Assembly: GCF_001194135.2 (NCBI RefSeq)
Contig: NC_068986.1
Span: forward strand, 82,508,396 to 82,544,829
DNA from: Octopus bimaculoides
Taxonomy: Eukaryota
Length of the DNA: 36,434 nucleotides
Direction of reading: 5' to 3'
Positions within the stretch are counted from its first letter, which is position 1; the number at the start of each line of letters is the position of its first letter. Below are positions 23,661 to 35,516 of the stretch, in pieces. Below the pieces are notes generated by a model, which ran no database searches, was not told the origin of the DNA, and saw nothing but the letters and a program-made list of their open reading frames with translations. The translations under genes and the position numbers were made by a program.

Positions 23661-24550
23661 CATCAGTAATGCACGATTTGCCTTTCCCGTGGATTAATTA
23701 TTGTAGACTGTCTACTTAGACTAGTTCTTAAGAAGACTAAAATTAAATGTAGCAGCTATCATCTATCTTATTTACTCCACACCTCGTTATCTCACATATC
23801 TCACACATTGTTAAAAAAGGGATATGTTTTTACATGTTCAATGGGAGTGAACTAACACTAACTGATAACATTATTCTTCGATTGAATAATAAACAATAAC
23901 TATCTATAACAATTTTATGTAAACAATTATTATATCATTATTCATATCTCTCTTTTCCAACTGCTGTATGACATATTCAATGAAAAAAAGTTTTTATGTG
24001 ACCTCACGTGATTTCCAGATCAGCTTAATGCATCAACGTTGACCAATCAATTTATACATTAACAAACAGCGTTCTGAGTCACTTTCCTACTTAAAAAGCA
24101 AACTATTTTTAAAACAACAGCGAGAATAGACATAATTCGCGCCACAGCTCCATGTACAGTTTTGAAAATATAATGAGAAACCGGTTAAATTACCCCTATA
24201 GTTTAAAAGATACTCAAGTTGTAATTAATTCTAATATATTTCTCTGGGCCATTTCAACTCCATTTCTTTTATTCGTATATATATATAAAGGTTATGATTG
24301 GTAATGGAGTCAACCAGACCCGAATGTTACAGGTAATACTGAGTAAGTGCTGTATACCGACTAGTTTTGCCCCAGATGTGGTTGCAACATGAATGGGGAN
24401 NNNNNNNNNGTATACCGACTAGTTTTGCCCCAGATGTGGTTGCAACATGAATGGGGAATTTAACATGGGTCGTGTATTAGCGTTTATATATATAAAAAGA
24501 ATGAGATAAAGAAACCAATGGCATGAATAAATTTATATTTTATGTAGAAT

Positions 24551-24599
24551 GTCTTACAGCTGTTTCAAGGAAAATTCAATGTATCCCTTCATCAGAGAT
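24551..24599 (-). ncRNA. Type I hammerhead ribozyme motif, intact catalytic core
   Basis: ATCT CTGATGA AGGGA-tacattgaattt-TCCTT GAAA CAGCTG TA AGAC: canonical CUGAUGA and GAAA, palindromic ACAGCTGT stem III, GUA cleavage triplet, short stem I. Confidence 0.8.
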
Positions 24600-24656
24600 G
24601 GTAATAGTAGAAGTTAACTCATACAGATTTAATAATCCTTAACTTCTACTATTACC

Positions 24657-24705
24657 GTCTCCAATGAAGGGATACATTGAATTTTCCCTGAAACAGCTGT
24701 AAGAC
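24657..24705 (+). ncRNA. Type I hammerhead ribozyme motif, mutated core (likely inactive)
   Basis: GTCT CCAATGA AGGGA-tacattgaattt-TCCCT GAAA CAGCTG TA AGAC: perfect stems I and II, but CUGAUGA is changed to CCAAUGA. Confidence 0.7.
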
Positions 24706-24756
24706 ATTCTACATAAAATATAAATTTATTTATGCCATTGGTCTCTTTATCTCATT

Positions 24757-24791
<35 letters not shown>

Positions 24792-25395
24792 TTTTTATTA
24801 ATTCAAACAGGTGGGGGAATAGAAAAACTGAGAATAAACTAACACTAACTTACACACACACACGCGCGCGTATATATGTGTGTCTGTACACAGGCATGCA
24901 CACACGCACACATACACTCACGTACATGTGTGTAGGAATATGTGTATCTATACACGTACGTTTGAATATCTGTTTGTATGCATGTGTGAATGTGTGTCTA
25001 CGTCTATGTATGCGTGTGTCCCATTCTGTTTTTATGCTCTAACCACCTCTGAATACCATCCATTCAGTGTACATTATTCTGCTGTTCTCTGAAACAATTA
25101 CTTTTGTGGGGAAACATGAGGTAGGGGTGAAGGTGTAATTACCACCCTCACCCCTGTTTATTACGCTCTGACACAGATTACTTTGAAGGTTACCGAAACT
25201 TCCCTGCATATCCTCATTAACTTTACTATCCCCAAAACGATGACTTTATCTATCACGTGACGTGCAATGAGCTAATCGTATATATTTTATTATATACATC
25301 AGTCAAGATAATGTCACATGACCTTCAGCATTTCCATAGATAATTTATCGCGACATAAATAGACAAATGGAAAAACAACATTCATCATATCAACA

Positions 25396-25407
25396 TACTG
25401 ACATACA

Positions 25408-25445
<38 letters not shown>

Positions 25446-25613
25446 TGAGTGTATGTGTGTGGGTGCGAGTGTATGTGTGTGTATGACACGGAAGTGTATG
25501 CGTGCCTGTGCATGCGTGCGTTTTTGTATGTGATTTAAAGTTTAATAAATGCAGACCAAATATATTCATACATACATACTTACATACATAAATACATACA
25601 TACAGACAGACAG

Positions 25614-25708
<95 letters not shown>

Positions 25709-25710
25709 CA
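25396..25710. repeat. Mixed (TG)n/(AG)n/(ATAC)n/(CA)n microsatellite block
   Basis: Read directly. Confidence 0.9.
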
Positions 25711-26162
25711 TGCATACGTGCATATATATCGTACTTCGATACGAGGAAAATTCAGAAACTTCCGCCTCCAATAAACAACTATCGTTCCCGAAAGTTGTTT
25801 TTTTTAATATTTTCTACGGATTGCTTGAAGCTCAGTTTCGTCCAACACCTCGATGCTTGGATCTTGCATTTATATATCTATCTATATTTATATATGTGTA
25901 TGTGTGTGTATATATAAATGTATATGTGTGCGATTGTATGTGTATGTGTGTAATATTTACGCATACAAATAAACTTACTACTGCTACTACTACGCTCAGA
26001 GCACCACGTAGATTTTCATAATCCTGTCTGCTTCCTGTGTGACTTCTATAATCGAGTAGTATCACTGGCTATGAACTCCAGAGCAAATGTGGGAGAAATA
26101 AGGCAAAAATTCAAGTTTGTGTTATAGTTCCTATACACGTTTCCCCAATATTGTCGTTTGGA

Positions 26163-26277
26163 GGAGCCCTGCATAGGTGTTCCAAGTGCTTTTAGGTGTT
26201 CAACCACAACGGATCATCAGAGGACACTTTATTGCACTAAGTCACAGATACTCTTGGAACAGCTATTGCAGGGCTCC
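26163..26277. repeat. 24/25-bp inverted repeat with a 66-nt spacer (MITE-like or structured element)
   Basis: GGAGCCCTGCA-TAGGTGTTCCAAG (26163-26186) versus the reverse complement of 26253-26277, GGAGCCCTGCAATAGCTGTTCCAAG. Confidence 0.8.
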
Positions 26278-26307
26278 ACACAACTATAATGGCAGAAAGC
26301 GGATAAG

Positions 26308-26526
26308 TATGTATGTATGTATGTATGGATGGATGGATGGATGGATGGATGGATGGATGCGTGTATGTATGTATATATGTATGTATATATATATATATAT
26401 NNNNNNNNNNNNNNNNNNNNNNNNNNNNNNNNNNNNNNNNNNNNNNNNNNNNNNNNNNNNNNNNNNNNNNNNNNNNNNNNNNNNNNNNNNNNNNNNNNNN
26501 NNNNNNNNNNNNNNNNNNNNNNNNNN

Positions 26527-26599
<73 letters not shown>

Positions 26600-26700
26600 C
26601 ATACATATATACAAACATAAATGTATATACATGTATATATGTATATACATATATGTATGTATATATGCGTGTGTGGGGGGGTCCATTCGTGTATCCATGT
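26308..26700. repeat. (ATGT)n/(ATGG)n/(AT)n microsatellite block with N gap
   Basis: Read directly. Confidence 0.9.
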
Positions 26701-29121
26701 ATGTGATTATGTGTCTCTGTGTGTATGGTATATATGTATACATCTATACACACTCAGTACACACAAGTACGAAGAGTAACGCAAAGAGCAAGGCAAACTT
26801 TTTTAATGTGTTTTCTTTTTCTATCTTTTAGCTGACAACATAGCAAAATATTCAATAAAACACGAATCAGGAAGAGAATATACTTCAAGTGACATTTCTT
26901 TTAAGGTGGTGGCCTGGCATGACTGCAGTCCAATGAATGGACCAGTAAAAGACGATCAAAGAATATGCATGTGTGTATATGTATATGTATGTGAGCGTTT
27001 ATGTATTTATATGCGCGTACGTATGTGTGTATGCTTGTGTGCATGTGTGTGGAGAGAAGTATTAAGATAGAAATAAATCCATTTTGATGCGAGGTGTTCT
27101 GATGCTTCAACTGTTTCTTGATTTATAATGTTGTATGTAATATAATATAATATAATTTCCAATATAAACTTTGTAACTGGTGTGTCATCATCACACAAAT
27201 ATTCATTTAAGGATATTATTTTAAAACATATTTAAGAACAACAACGGAACATTTACCGATGGGAAAACTCAATGCTAAGAGTAGATTCAATTTGAATTTC
27301 GCAATTCATTATCGTGGGAATTTTGCCTGGCGACTGATGGTGCTGCCACCTACGGTTGCTTTCGGTGTCAGAGACGGAGAGAAAGAGAGTTTGCTAACAA
27401 ATAGAAGGGAGGGTGAATTTTCCGTTATGTGGAGAGAACCGCTCAGGTCTTATAATCTTTTTTTTTTTCTTTTGCTTTATTATTATTATGCGAGATCTTT
27501 TCCTTATGAGTGAGAGAACATATGAAATAAAATTTCCATATAATTCATCTATTTTCCCCCCATTTTGGATGTCCTAGTAGCTACAGATAACGTTATTTCG
27601 CTCTTATTGTAGCTTATCGATACAACATAACTTGGAATCATGAAACTAATTGCTCTATGTTCTTTTAAAACATTTAAGAACTATTCACGATCGTTTTCCT
27701 TTTCTTCTATTTTTTTGTTTATTTCTTACTCTCTCAACAGTGAAGAAAAGGAGTGAAAAGATAGCAGCATGGCAATGAAAGCGTCAGAGTAATTTAAAAT
27801 TAAAATTAACATTATACACAAGTACGATCGATATTTTCAATTTTCTTTACTTTTAACAGTGGAGGAGAAACAAAGAGGGAAAGAGATTGATTAATAGAAA
27901 GAGGGTAACTTTCTCTCGTGTACATAGGATTCCATTCTATGAGTCTTTGAAGGATCTTGTTTTATTTCGCTCATTTATTTTTTTCCTCCAGTCAGGTATG
28001 TAAAATAAGTATCAGTAAAGTATTGGGGTCGATGTAATCGACTCTACCTCCCCTCTCAATCAGAGGCCTTGTACTTATATCAGAAATAATTAGAAGCTTT
28101 ATCATATATGTATCACACAGATAATACACTGATAACATGTTGACAGCAAGTATATCATGACCATTCATTCTAAATCTAGTCGGGTGACTAGATCATACAA
28201 AATGCCGATTTCCTTCCACTAGAATTGCTGCTTTCGTAAAATAACACAGCATAACGAGAGAACTTTTCTTTTGTTGTTGAACTTCCAGGAAGCAGTAGAA
28301 ACATATCCATCAGACCACACTCTACCGACTTAACAGAGAAACATATTGGACAATAAGGTGCGAGGTTAAGACTAAATAAAAAGAAAGGTTGATCGCGAGT
28401 AGAATGTCACTGCTTGAGGAAAATTGAGCTCATGTTAAATAACAACAGCAACAACAACCACTTGATCAGTTTAGGAATTTCGTGATTAACAATATTTTGA
28501 AATTTGGTTTTGCAGATGCAGCTGTACCTTGCACATCCCTTTGTCACAAATGGCTGCCATCTGCAGTGATTGCTGCACATTTTCAAAACTGAAAAGTGGA
28601 CTAATAAGTATCATGGATTAAAATAGATCAAACAATCCCTTTGTAATGAACGTAGGACATAAACTTCTATGTGAAGTAGGAATTCCCTGTCTCAGCATCA
28701 GATTTTCTTAAACTAGATCTGGAAAATATAATTTTTAGATTATAGTTTATTATACAAGTAAGCGAAAGTTACCTTAATAAAAAAAAGTTTGCTCTTTATT
28801 TTTTTATATTGATATAATTTATGACATTATTTGGATCTATTTTAAAACGGGGGCCACATTTTTCATTAATGTTTTACGTAGTGTTTTTGGTACGGAAAGA
28901 CTTTCAAACTTCGTATACTTATCTATTTTGTGTTATAGAACAGAAAAATATTTTTGTATTCGAATTTTTCATGTAAAAAATTGTCTTATTTCGATAATTT
29001 CAACCAATCACTGACAAGTATTCAGTTGTTTACATTTACTCCTTTGGCTGGTTAAGCGATGTAAAGCGTATTTAATCTCCATACCTTCGTTTTATTTGCT
29101 TTTTTCATTTTAAATTTGCTT

Positions 29122-29195
29122 TAACCCTAACCCTAACCCTAACCCTAGGGTTAGGGTTAGGGTTAGGGCTAGGGTTAGGGTTAGGGTTAGGGTTA
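29122..29195. repeat. Interstitial telomeric-type repeat (TAACCC)4-TA-(GGGTTA)8 running into a gap
   Basis: Read directly; perfect 44-bp palindrome at 29125-29168 centred on CCCTAGGG; one GGGCTA variant. Confidence 0.95.
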
Positions 29196-29604
29196 NNNNN
29201 NNNNNNNNNNNNNNNNNNNNNNNNNNNNNNNNNNNNNNNNNNNNNNNNNNNNNNNNNNNNNNNNNNNNNNNNNNNNNNNNNNNNNNNNNNNNNNNNNNNN
29301 NNNNNNNNNNNNNNNNNNNNNNNNNNNNNNNNNNNNNNNNNNNNNNNNNNNNNNNNNNNNNNNNNNNNNNNNNNNNNNNNNNNNNNNNNNNNNNNNNNNN
29401 NNNNNNNNNNNNNNNNNNNNNNNNNNNNNNNNNNNNNNNNNNNNNNNNNNNNNNNNNNNNNNNNNNNNNNNNNNNNNNNNNNNNNNNNNNNNNNNNNNNN
29501 NNNNNNNNNNNNNNNNNNNNNNNNNNNNNNNNNNNNNNNNNNNNNNNNNNNNNNNNNNNNNNNNNNACAGATTTACTCTTAACTCGCGAATCTTCCAGTT
29601 TTTA

Positions 29605-29720
29605 CCCTTGCACGACCCTTTTGATTTCTACTTTCCTCTTCGCCCCAGGAGCAACAATTTCGACAGGCTCGCTTGTTTTCTCCGCACGAAATTTGCTGTG
29701 CTGATAATGGTTTTTGCATT
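29605..29720 (+). mobile_element. Possible piggyBac-like terminal fragment
   Basis: TTTA|CCCTTGCACGACCC resembles a TTAA|CCCT piggyBac end; no second terminus found. Confidence 0.3.
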
Positions 29721-30479
29721 TTTGTATGGAATTAATACAAAGCAATTTTAGCAAGGAATCTTTGTAACATTTAAGATAAAGCGTAATGTTAGCTTCTGTT
29801 GTTAACTGGACATAAAGTAACGGCAGGAAGTGATACTTATTCTGTTTCTGTTCAGCTGCGTTATTTCTGGTTGACCAGAAAAGTTGCTAACCTTGAATAG
29901 AAGACTCCAAGTAAATATAACGACGTAGAAGTAATTTTCAATGCCTTCCTTAAAGTTCAACACTAATATTAGAAAAGTACGACAACAATTCTTAAGTAAA
30001 ATTCTTTTCTTAAGCTAAATGTCAAACGCTGATAATTTCATATGCTCCATTACTCACAAGTAGTCGTTTATTTTTCTCAAGTAGCCACTTGCAACAAGCT
30101 GTTCACCAAAGACAAACGGTCTTTGCCAAACAGAATACGCTTCCTACAAGCAGTAACCATGTGCACTGGAGAAACACTCTACTAGCAACGACACTCGGAA
30201 CTTTTAAGATTACGAAAATAGAAATGATAACAAGGTTTCATATTTATGTGACCTTACTACAAATAATTGCATGCATAATTCGCTTGCAATGTGTTCATAT
30301 ATATTGACAAAACAAAACTGTTACTCTCTACACGCTAAGATTTAGTTGCAGTTAAAGAAGGTTTCAGAGAATTAACTAATGTTATCCTTGGGCGTGGGGT
30401 ATAAATAAGTTCAAAGCAGACACGTTTAGTAATAATATCAATAAATAACTAATAAGTCCACAACGTTGCGAAGATTGGT

Positions 30480-30745
30480 GCTATCTATTTAAGCAACCTC
30501 ACTACTTGACTGTTTCTTATTTTGTCAACCTTGAAAAGGTAAAAGGTAAAGTTGCTCTCAGCAGGATTTGAATTCAGAACATAAAGGAACAAAACCAAAC
30601 ATCTAATTCTGATACAATGCCATACATTTTGAAGGAAGGGCAGACTGACTATATCTTTTAGTATTACTTTATTAATCGATTCAGTAAGAGTGAAAAGTAA
30701 GGCATTCCTGAGCTGGGTTTGGACGTAAACGAACACCTACATGAC
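30480..30745 (-). mobile_element. Diverged SINE (second family)
   Basis: Reverse complement contains TTCTGAATTCAAATCCTGCTGAGAGCAACTTTACCTTT...AAGGTTGACAAAATAAG, matching 12871-13060. Confidence 0.65.
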
Positions 30746-31949
30746 ATTTTGTTCAGTGATCTACCTATTATTCTAGCAGACAACACATTTAATAATTGTT
30801 TCTAACATAGATACAGGATAAGAAACTTCGAGTAGGAGTTAGTCGGTTAATACTTATTTGGTATTATAACTTATCGACCTATATAATTACGAAAATTACT
30901 CCCTTTAAATCACTACCACTATCGCAAAATGTTTATATGTCACAACAGCTCCTCTTCATTGGCATTTTTTATGTCATTAAACACGAACCAGTACATTCTG
31001 AATCAAATTAGCAACTTTGTTTCAAATTCTATTTGAAAGTACGCCACTTGAGTAGCATCAGCATAAACACCTCAACAGTTCAACTTCTTTCTCTTATTTA
31101 TTCAGAAACTCCATATCCATGGCTGAAATTAGTTTGATATTTACCATTTCTTTTAAATTGAAATTCGATTAACTTACTGCAAACTCCAAGAAGCTGACCA
31201 GATTTCTTCATGTTAAGTATCGTGATTCCAGTAGGATTTACGAAATGTAGACATCAATCAGTCCCAGCCAGCAATATCCATTTATCAAAATAGATTAATT
31301 ACCAGCAATATATTCAACTCTAGTTTCTTTCATCAACCTGCTACATTGAAGTTTCATTTACCAATTTGATCAGTTGCTGAATTTCCTACAACTGCTGTTT
31401 ATTTCTCTCTTTTTTTTTTTTTAATAAAATGATGAATAGTCCCTTCATAATATCGTTGAATATTATAACATAGCAATGCCAATATTGGTTTCCCCTACCT
31501 CTTACTAAATCAAGGGTCCAACACGCCTACCTCATTCAGCTAATGTAATTGCAGAATGTTATTTCTTTTTTACTTCGCTAGTGTAATGTTTTTTTGTTTT
31601 ATTTATCGATTGTCTAATTTGATTTATTAAAACGTCGAAAACACGTGTTTCCAAATATCTACGATAGTCAGAGATTATCAATTTAGCAGCAATCCTTATT
31701 CTGAGCCAAAACTGTCAGATTTCCAAAGTTTTCAACAAAGAAACTATATTGCTCAATTAAAGATATTTTTTAAAATTTTTTTCTCGCTTTCGTTTATTTC
31801 ATTTTATTGCTTTTTCTTTTAAATTTCTTCCATTTTCCTTTTATATCAAATAAATCGATATTTGCACTCTCCTATATCAATCATCTATTTTCTTGAAGAT
31901 TATTCTATTCTGTAATTGAAAGCCGTAGATTGCCGTTTTGAGAGTAGAG

Positions 31950-31992
31950 CCGACTAGCAGTTAAACAGTTGGTGGATCGCCTTATATAACTG
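31950..31992 (-). promoter_or_regulatory. Candidate TATA + initiator core promoter
   Basis: Minus strand TATATAAGG (31988-31980) with an Inr-like CTAGTC whose A (31955) lies 31-33 nt downstream; CpG-rich unique sequence upstream (31920-32295). Confidence 0.35.
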
Positions 31993-32529
31993 GTGATAGA
32001 TTCGCGAAAGCTGCGTTCGCCTGGATAGTTCGCCTACGATGGCTCAATAGTAACAGTCGCCAGTGCAGTTTTACTTAAATATTAGATGAGCCGAAAAGAC
32101 GGCCTCTGCACTAGGTGTGGGCAGCCTTTTACGAGAAGCAGGCTGCATACAACAAGACTCATCATCTGGCGTACCGCACTACTAAAAAGTTTAAGGCAAT
32201 TTTTCGTTCGGCGTGCCATTCAAACAGTCTCACGCACCGCAGGTTGCCCATTACAGCTCTACGCTATCACTTGACTTGCCAGCATTAGCCGCCACATTTT
32301 TTTTTTAATTCAAAGAATAAAAAATATGATACAAAATATTTGTTATTGGTCTACATATCATTATCGCTTATTTCGGGAGTTTGAGAATAACTGATTTGTT
32401 AGGAATAGCTGTCGGTAATGTCTATTAATCTCAATAGGTGGCGCGGTCAATAAAATTTCAAGTGACTGGTCACTAACACACTCCAGTCTCTGGTTGATTG
32501 ATTGGTTGGTCTCATGCAATTTTTACTCA

Positions 32530-32800
32530 GACAATCCTGATTTGTCTCTCCTCTCTAATGAGAAGAGACATTTTATACTGTGTCCTCTCTCCCCCAGGCC
32601 CTACACTAACCACTACGTCCAGTTCTTCTTCCTCAGAACGTCGGCTGCCTGAAATTCCCCTCCCTCTGCATGTTTTCCTGCAGCTATTGTTCAACAGGAA
32701 CATAAACCACATCAATCTTACCGGTCTTTGAGAGTCCACCCGGGCCAGCTGCACCATTCCACTTCCACTGAGCCGAATCATTAAAGAGTTTAAATTTTTC
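32530..32800 (+). mobile_element. Decayed 3' end of a CR1/L2-type LINE
   Basis: With frameshifts: YCVLSPRPYTNHYVQFFFLRTSAA*NS...HVFLQLLFNRNINHINL, resembling the R.RTNHY.NSFFPRT...WNSLP...FK..IN C-terminal motif of CR1/L2 ORF2. Confidence 0.5.
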
Positions 32801-33469
32801 TACGGTCAACTTTACCTTCCATCTTTCAAGGATTAGTAATATGAAATCTCAGTCAAGTTCTGTCATTGTTATAATCGGTAGTTCCCTCCATCAATTTTTT
32901 TTACTTTACGCTTATGTAAGAAGTCAATTTAATTTAATTAAGTCTTGCTCGAAATTTGGTTTCGGTTATAAACATTGCTAAAAACCCTTATATACAACTG
33001 AAAGAGTATAGAAACAGCAAAGGCTCTCGACACATTTTCAAGACACGGCATTTAGTTGGCTCTGATCACTTTAAAATTCTTGTGTTTTTACAAACGTCAC
33101 GTACCCCGTAGTGTTCTCTATTGGATACCCCATTTTGGCAATCTTGCTCCAGAGCTACATTACCTAATGTAACCTTTACTTATCTAAATGAAATTTGAGG
33201 GAGATTTCGACGTTGTTTTAAGCAAGTCGGACACCTTCGTAGAGGCTACTCCATTCAGGCCATAAACCATTCTTTCTTCGTTATTTGTTTGTAATGCTGT
33301 CGTCTAAGCCAGCCCTTAATACAACTTCGTTCAACTTGCTACAAATAGCCAAATCTCCCTCAGATCACACCACCACTCTCTAAAAAGTGACGCGTTGGTT
33401 ATTATAGTCCTAGATACACAATGGTTTCAAAAGTACAGGATGGAAATAGTTAGAATGCTATTGATCACA

Positions 33470-33854
33470 GTGGAGGCGCAATGGCCCAGTGGTTAGGGCA
33501 GCGGACTCGCAGTCATAGGATCACGGTTTCGATTCTCAGACCGGGCGTTGTGAGTGTTTATTGAGCGAAAACACCTAAAGCTCCACGAGGCTCCGGCAGG
33601 GGATGGTAACGAACCCTGCTGTACTCTTTCACCACAACTTTCTCTCACTCTTACTTCCTGTTTCTGTTGTGCCTGTAATTCAAAGGGTCAGCCTTGTCAC
33701 ACTGTGTCACGCTGAATATCCCCGAGAACAACGTTAAGGGTACACGTGTCTGTGGAGTGCTCAGCCACTTGCACGTTAATTTCACAAGCAGGCTGTTCCG
33801 TTGATCGGATCAACTGGAACCCTCGACGTAGTAAGCAACGGAGTGCCTCTCCTC
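33470..33854 (+). mobile_element. Full-length tRNA(Arg)-like SINE (third family) with 10-bp TSD
   Basis: A box TGGCCCAGTGG (33482-33492), B box GGTTTCGATTC (33525-33535), TCG at the anticodon-equivalent position; TSD ATTGATCACA at 33460-33469 and 33855-33864. Confidence 0.9.
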
Positions 33855-35454
33855 ATTGATCACAAGTCTTCTCGATTGAGGCTTACCTGGAGCTAAATAA
33901 TGATAGTTTTGTGGTTTTCTTTTATCTTTGTTAATAAGTGACAAGATTTTCTGATTTTGAACTTGGAATTATCGCAAAGACATAAATGCACTTTTTGTTA
34001 ATTATGGTGATTAAAAGAAAATGCAAGTCTAAGAGATTAAGGAAGAGAAATACCAAGGAAATCTGCAAGTAATTCTATTGTTATTTCAGAGAAGACATGC
34101 TTTCATTCCCGCTTTTTGCTAATTCATTTCTCTTGCAATAGCATTATCTGATAGAAGGGCATGAACAATGCACAGTTTTACTCCTTTTCTTATAACAGTA
34201 TCTTCATACCTAAATGAAAAAAAAAATCTCCAGTGCATGATGCAGCATTTTCTTATCTTGGACCGACATCTTCCTATGGAGTCGTAAAGTGCCATCTTGA
34301 CATAGTGTGTCGTGAGTATTTTCAAACATGGCGGACCAGTACTGGGCCGTGATCAGTTGTTTCTGTATCTTATTCTCTCCCTTTATCTATTCAACCCCGA
34401 AAGAATGGAAAGCCACTCCTGGATTTCAATTCAGAGTGTACGGATTTTGAACAAGTAACGCAAGGCATCCTATCGACTCTTCTAGTTTGCCACCTGATGA
34501 CATTCCAGAGGGTAACCAAAAGTGAGAGACGCAGTTTCAGTCTCTGGTTGAAGTCATTTGATTTCATTTATATATTTACCCATGCTCTTAAATAGCTTTT
34601 TGTGTTATATTTAAAGAAAGTATTTCTGGGCCTAGCAATCGAAGTAACACGATTTCAAACTTTTAATGTCTTATTTTAGATCTGGTTAAAAAAGTAACAT
34701 GTCTTCTCAAGTTACTTTTTCAAATAATATATACTGTGTTTATTTATCACAGCCTTTAACCCCACCGCCCCAAGATGCTGTCACACGATCAGATACAGTC
34801 ACCATTGAGAATTATATTTAAGCTATTTATACAGCAAAAATTTCAGCCATTTTACTTTTTTTCATTTGAAGAAGTTAAATTTACCGCGGCCTTGGTGTTG
34901 GAGCCCATATCCTTAACAAAAACGATTCTTTCCCACTAATTTTAGAAAGCAGCTGGTCATAACGAGAACTATGTTTTGTGTGAAGCATTTACTTCAGTTA
35001 AACTGATGTTAACCTTTTGTATCCCTTCTGTCTATTTACTAAACTCTCTCACTCTACCGAAATATTTTGAATGAAAAAGAAAATAATTGTTGCTTTAGTG
35101 ACGCTAAAATGTATTCAATATCTTCACAATTTTCTCTGTGAATAAATAAAACCTTCATTGAAAACACCATACATAAAAAAGAAAATATATATATATATAT
35201 ATATAAATGAAAAGCACTATTCATACTTCAGAAAGATTGTTTTGAAATACAAACCTATATATTCAGGCGTGCATGACGGCTTTCACAATAGACAGGGAGA
35301 ATTTCTTACAGAACAACAAAAGTCTTTATTTTCATATAATATGACAAAAACCTACAGGTTTTATGTCAGTTTTATTACTTAGTCAATGACGCTTTCTGCT
35401 TCACTGCGTCTGCCACTTTATACTTGCCTCTGATCTTTGTTGATGCTATTGATA

Positions 35455-35484
35455 AAAGTTATCATCATTATCATCATCTTAGTG

Positions 35485-35516
<32 letters not shown>

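Larger units (their letters stand above)
24496..24760. repeat. Foldback: two 122-bp inverted arms (116/122 identical), 21-nt spacer, flanked by (TA)n; inverted duplication of a Penelope-type 3' terminus
   Basis: Arms 24496-24617 and 24639-24760 compared base by base; all six differences are transitions. Confidence 0.93.

Noticed and set aside
24352-24457. 48-bp exact direct repeat on either side of a 10-N gap
   Set aside because: Typical unmerged contig overlap at a scaffold join, not a biological duplication.
25123-25155. GC-rich hairpin AGGGGTGAAGGTG...CACCCTCACCCCT as a Helitron 3' end or terminator
   Set aside because: No CTRR end at the expected distance; intrinsic terminators do not apply to this eukaryotic context.
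28505-28610. Possible small exon on either strand (TTTTGCAG acceptor on plus; TTTTCAG...GTACAG on minus)
   Set aside because: Short frames with no recognisable product and no consistent phase link to other candidate exons.
29122-29195. Ancient telomere-telomere fusion site
   Set aside because: The repeat order is CCCTAA then TTAGGG, the opposite of a fusion scar.
32498-32781. ORFs 32498-32731 (+) and 32527-32781 (-) as host exons
   Set aside because: Better explained as a frameshifted CR1/L2 LINE 3' end.
33470-33545. tRNA-Arg gene
   Set aside because: It has A/B boxes but no proper acceptor stem, continues into a SINE body, and is bounded by a TSD.
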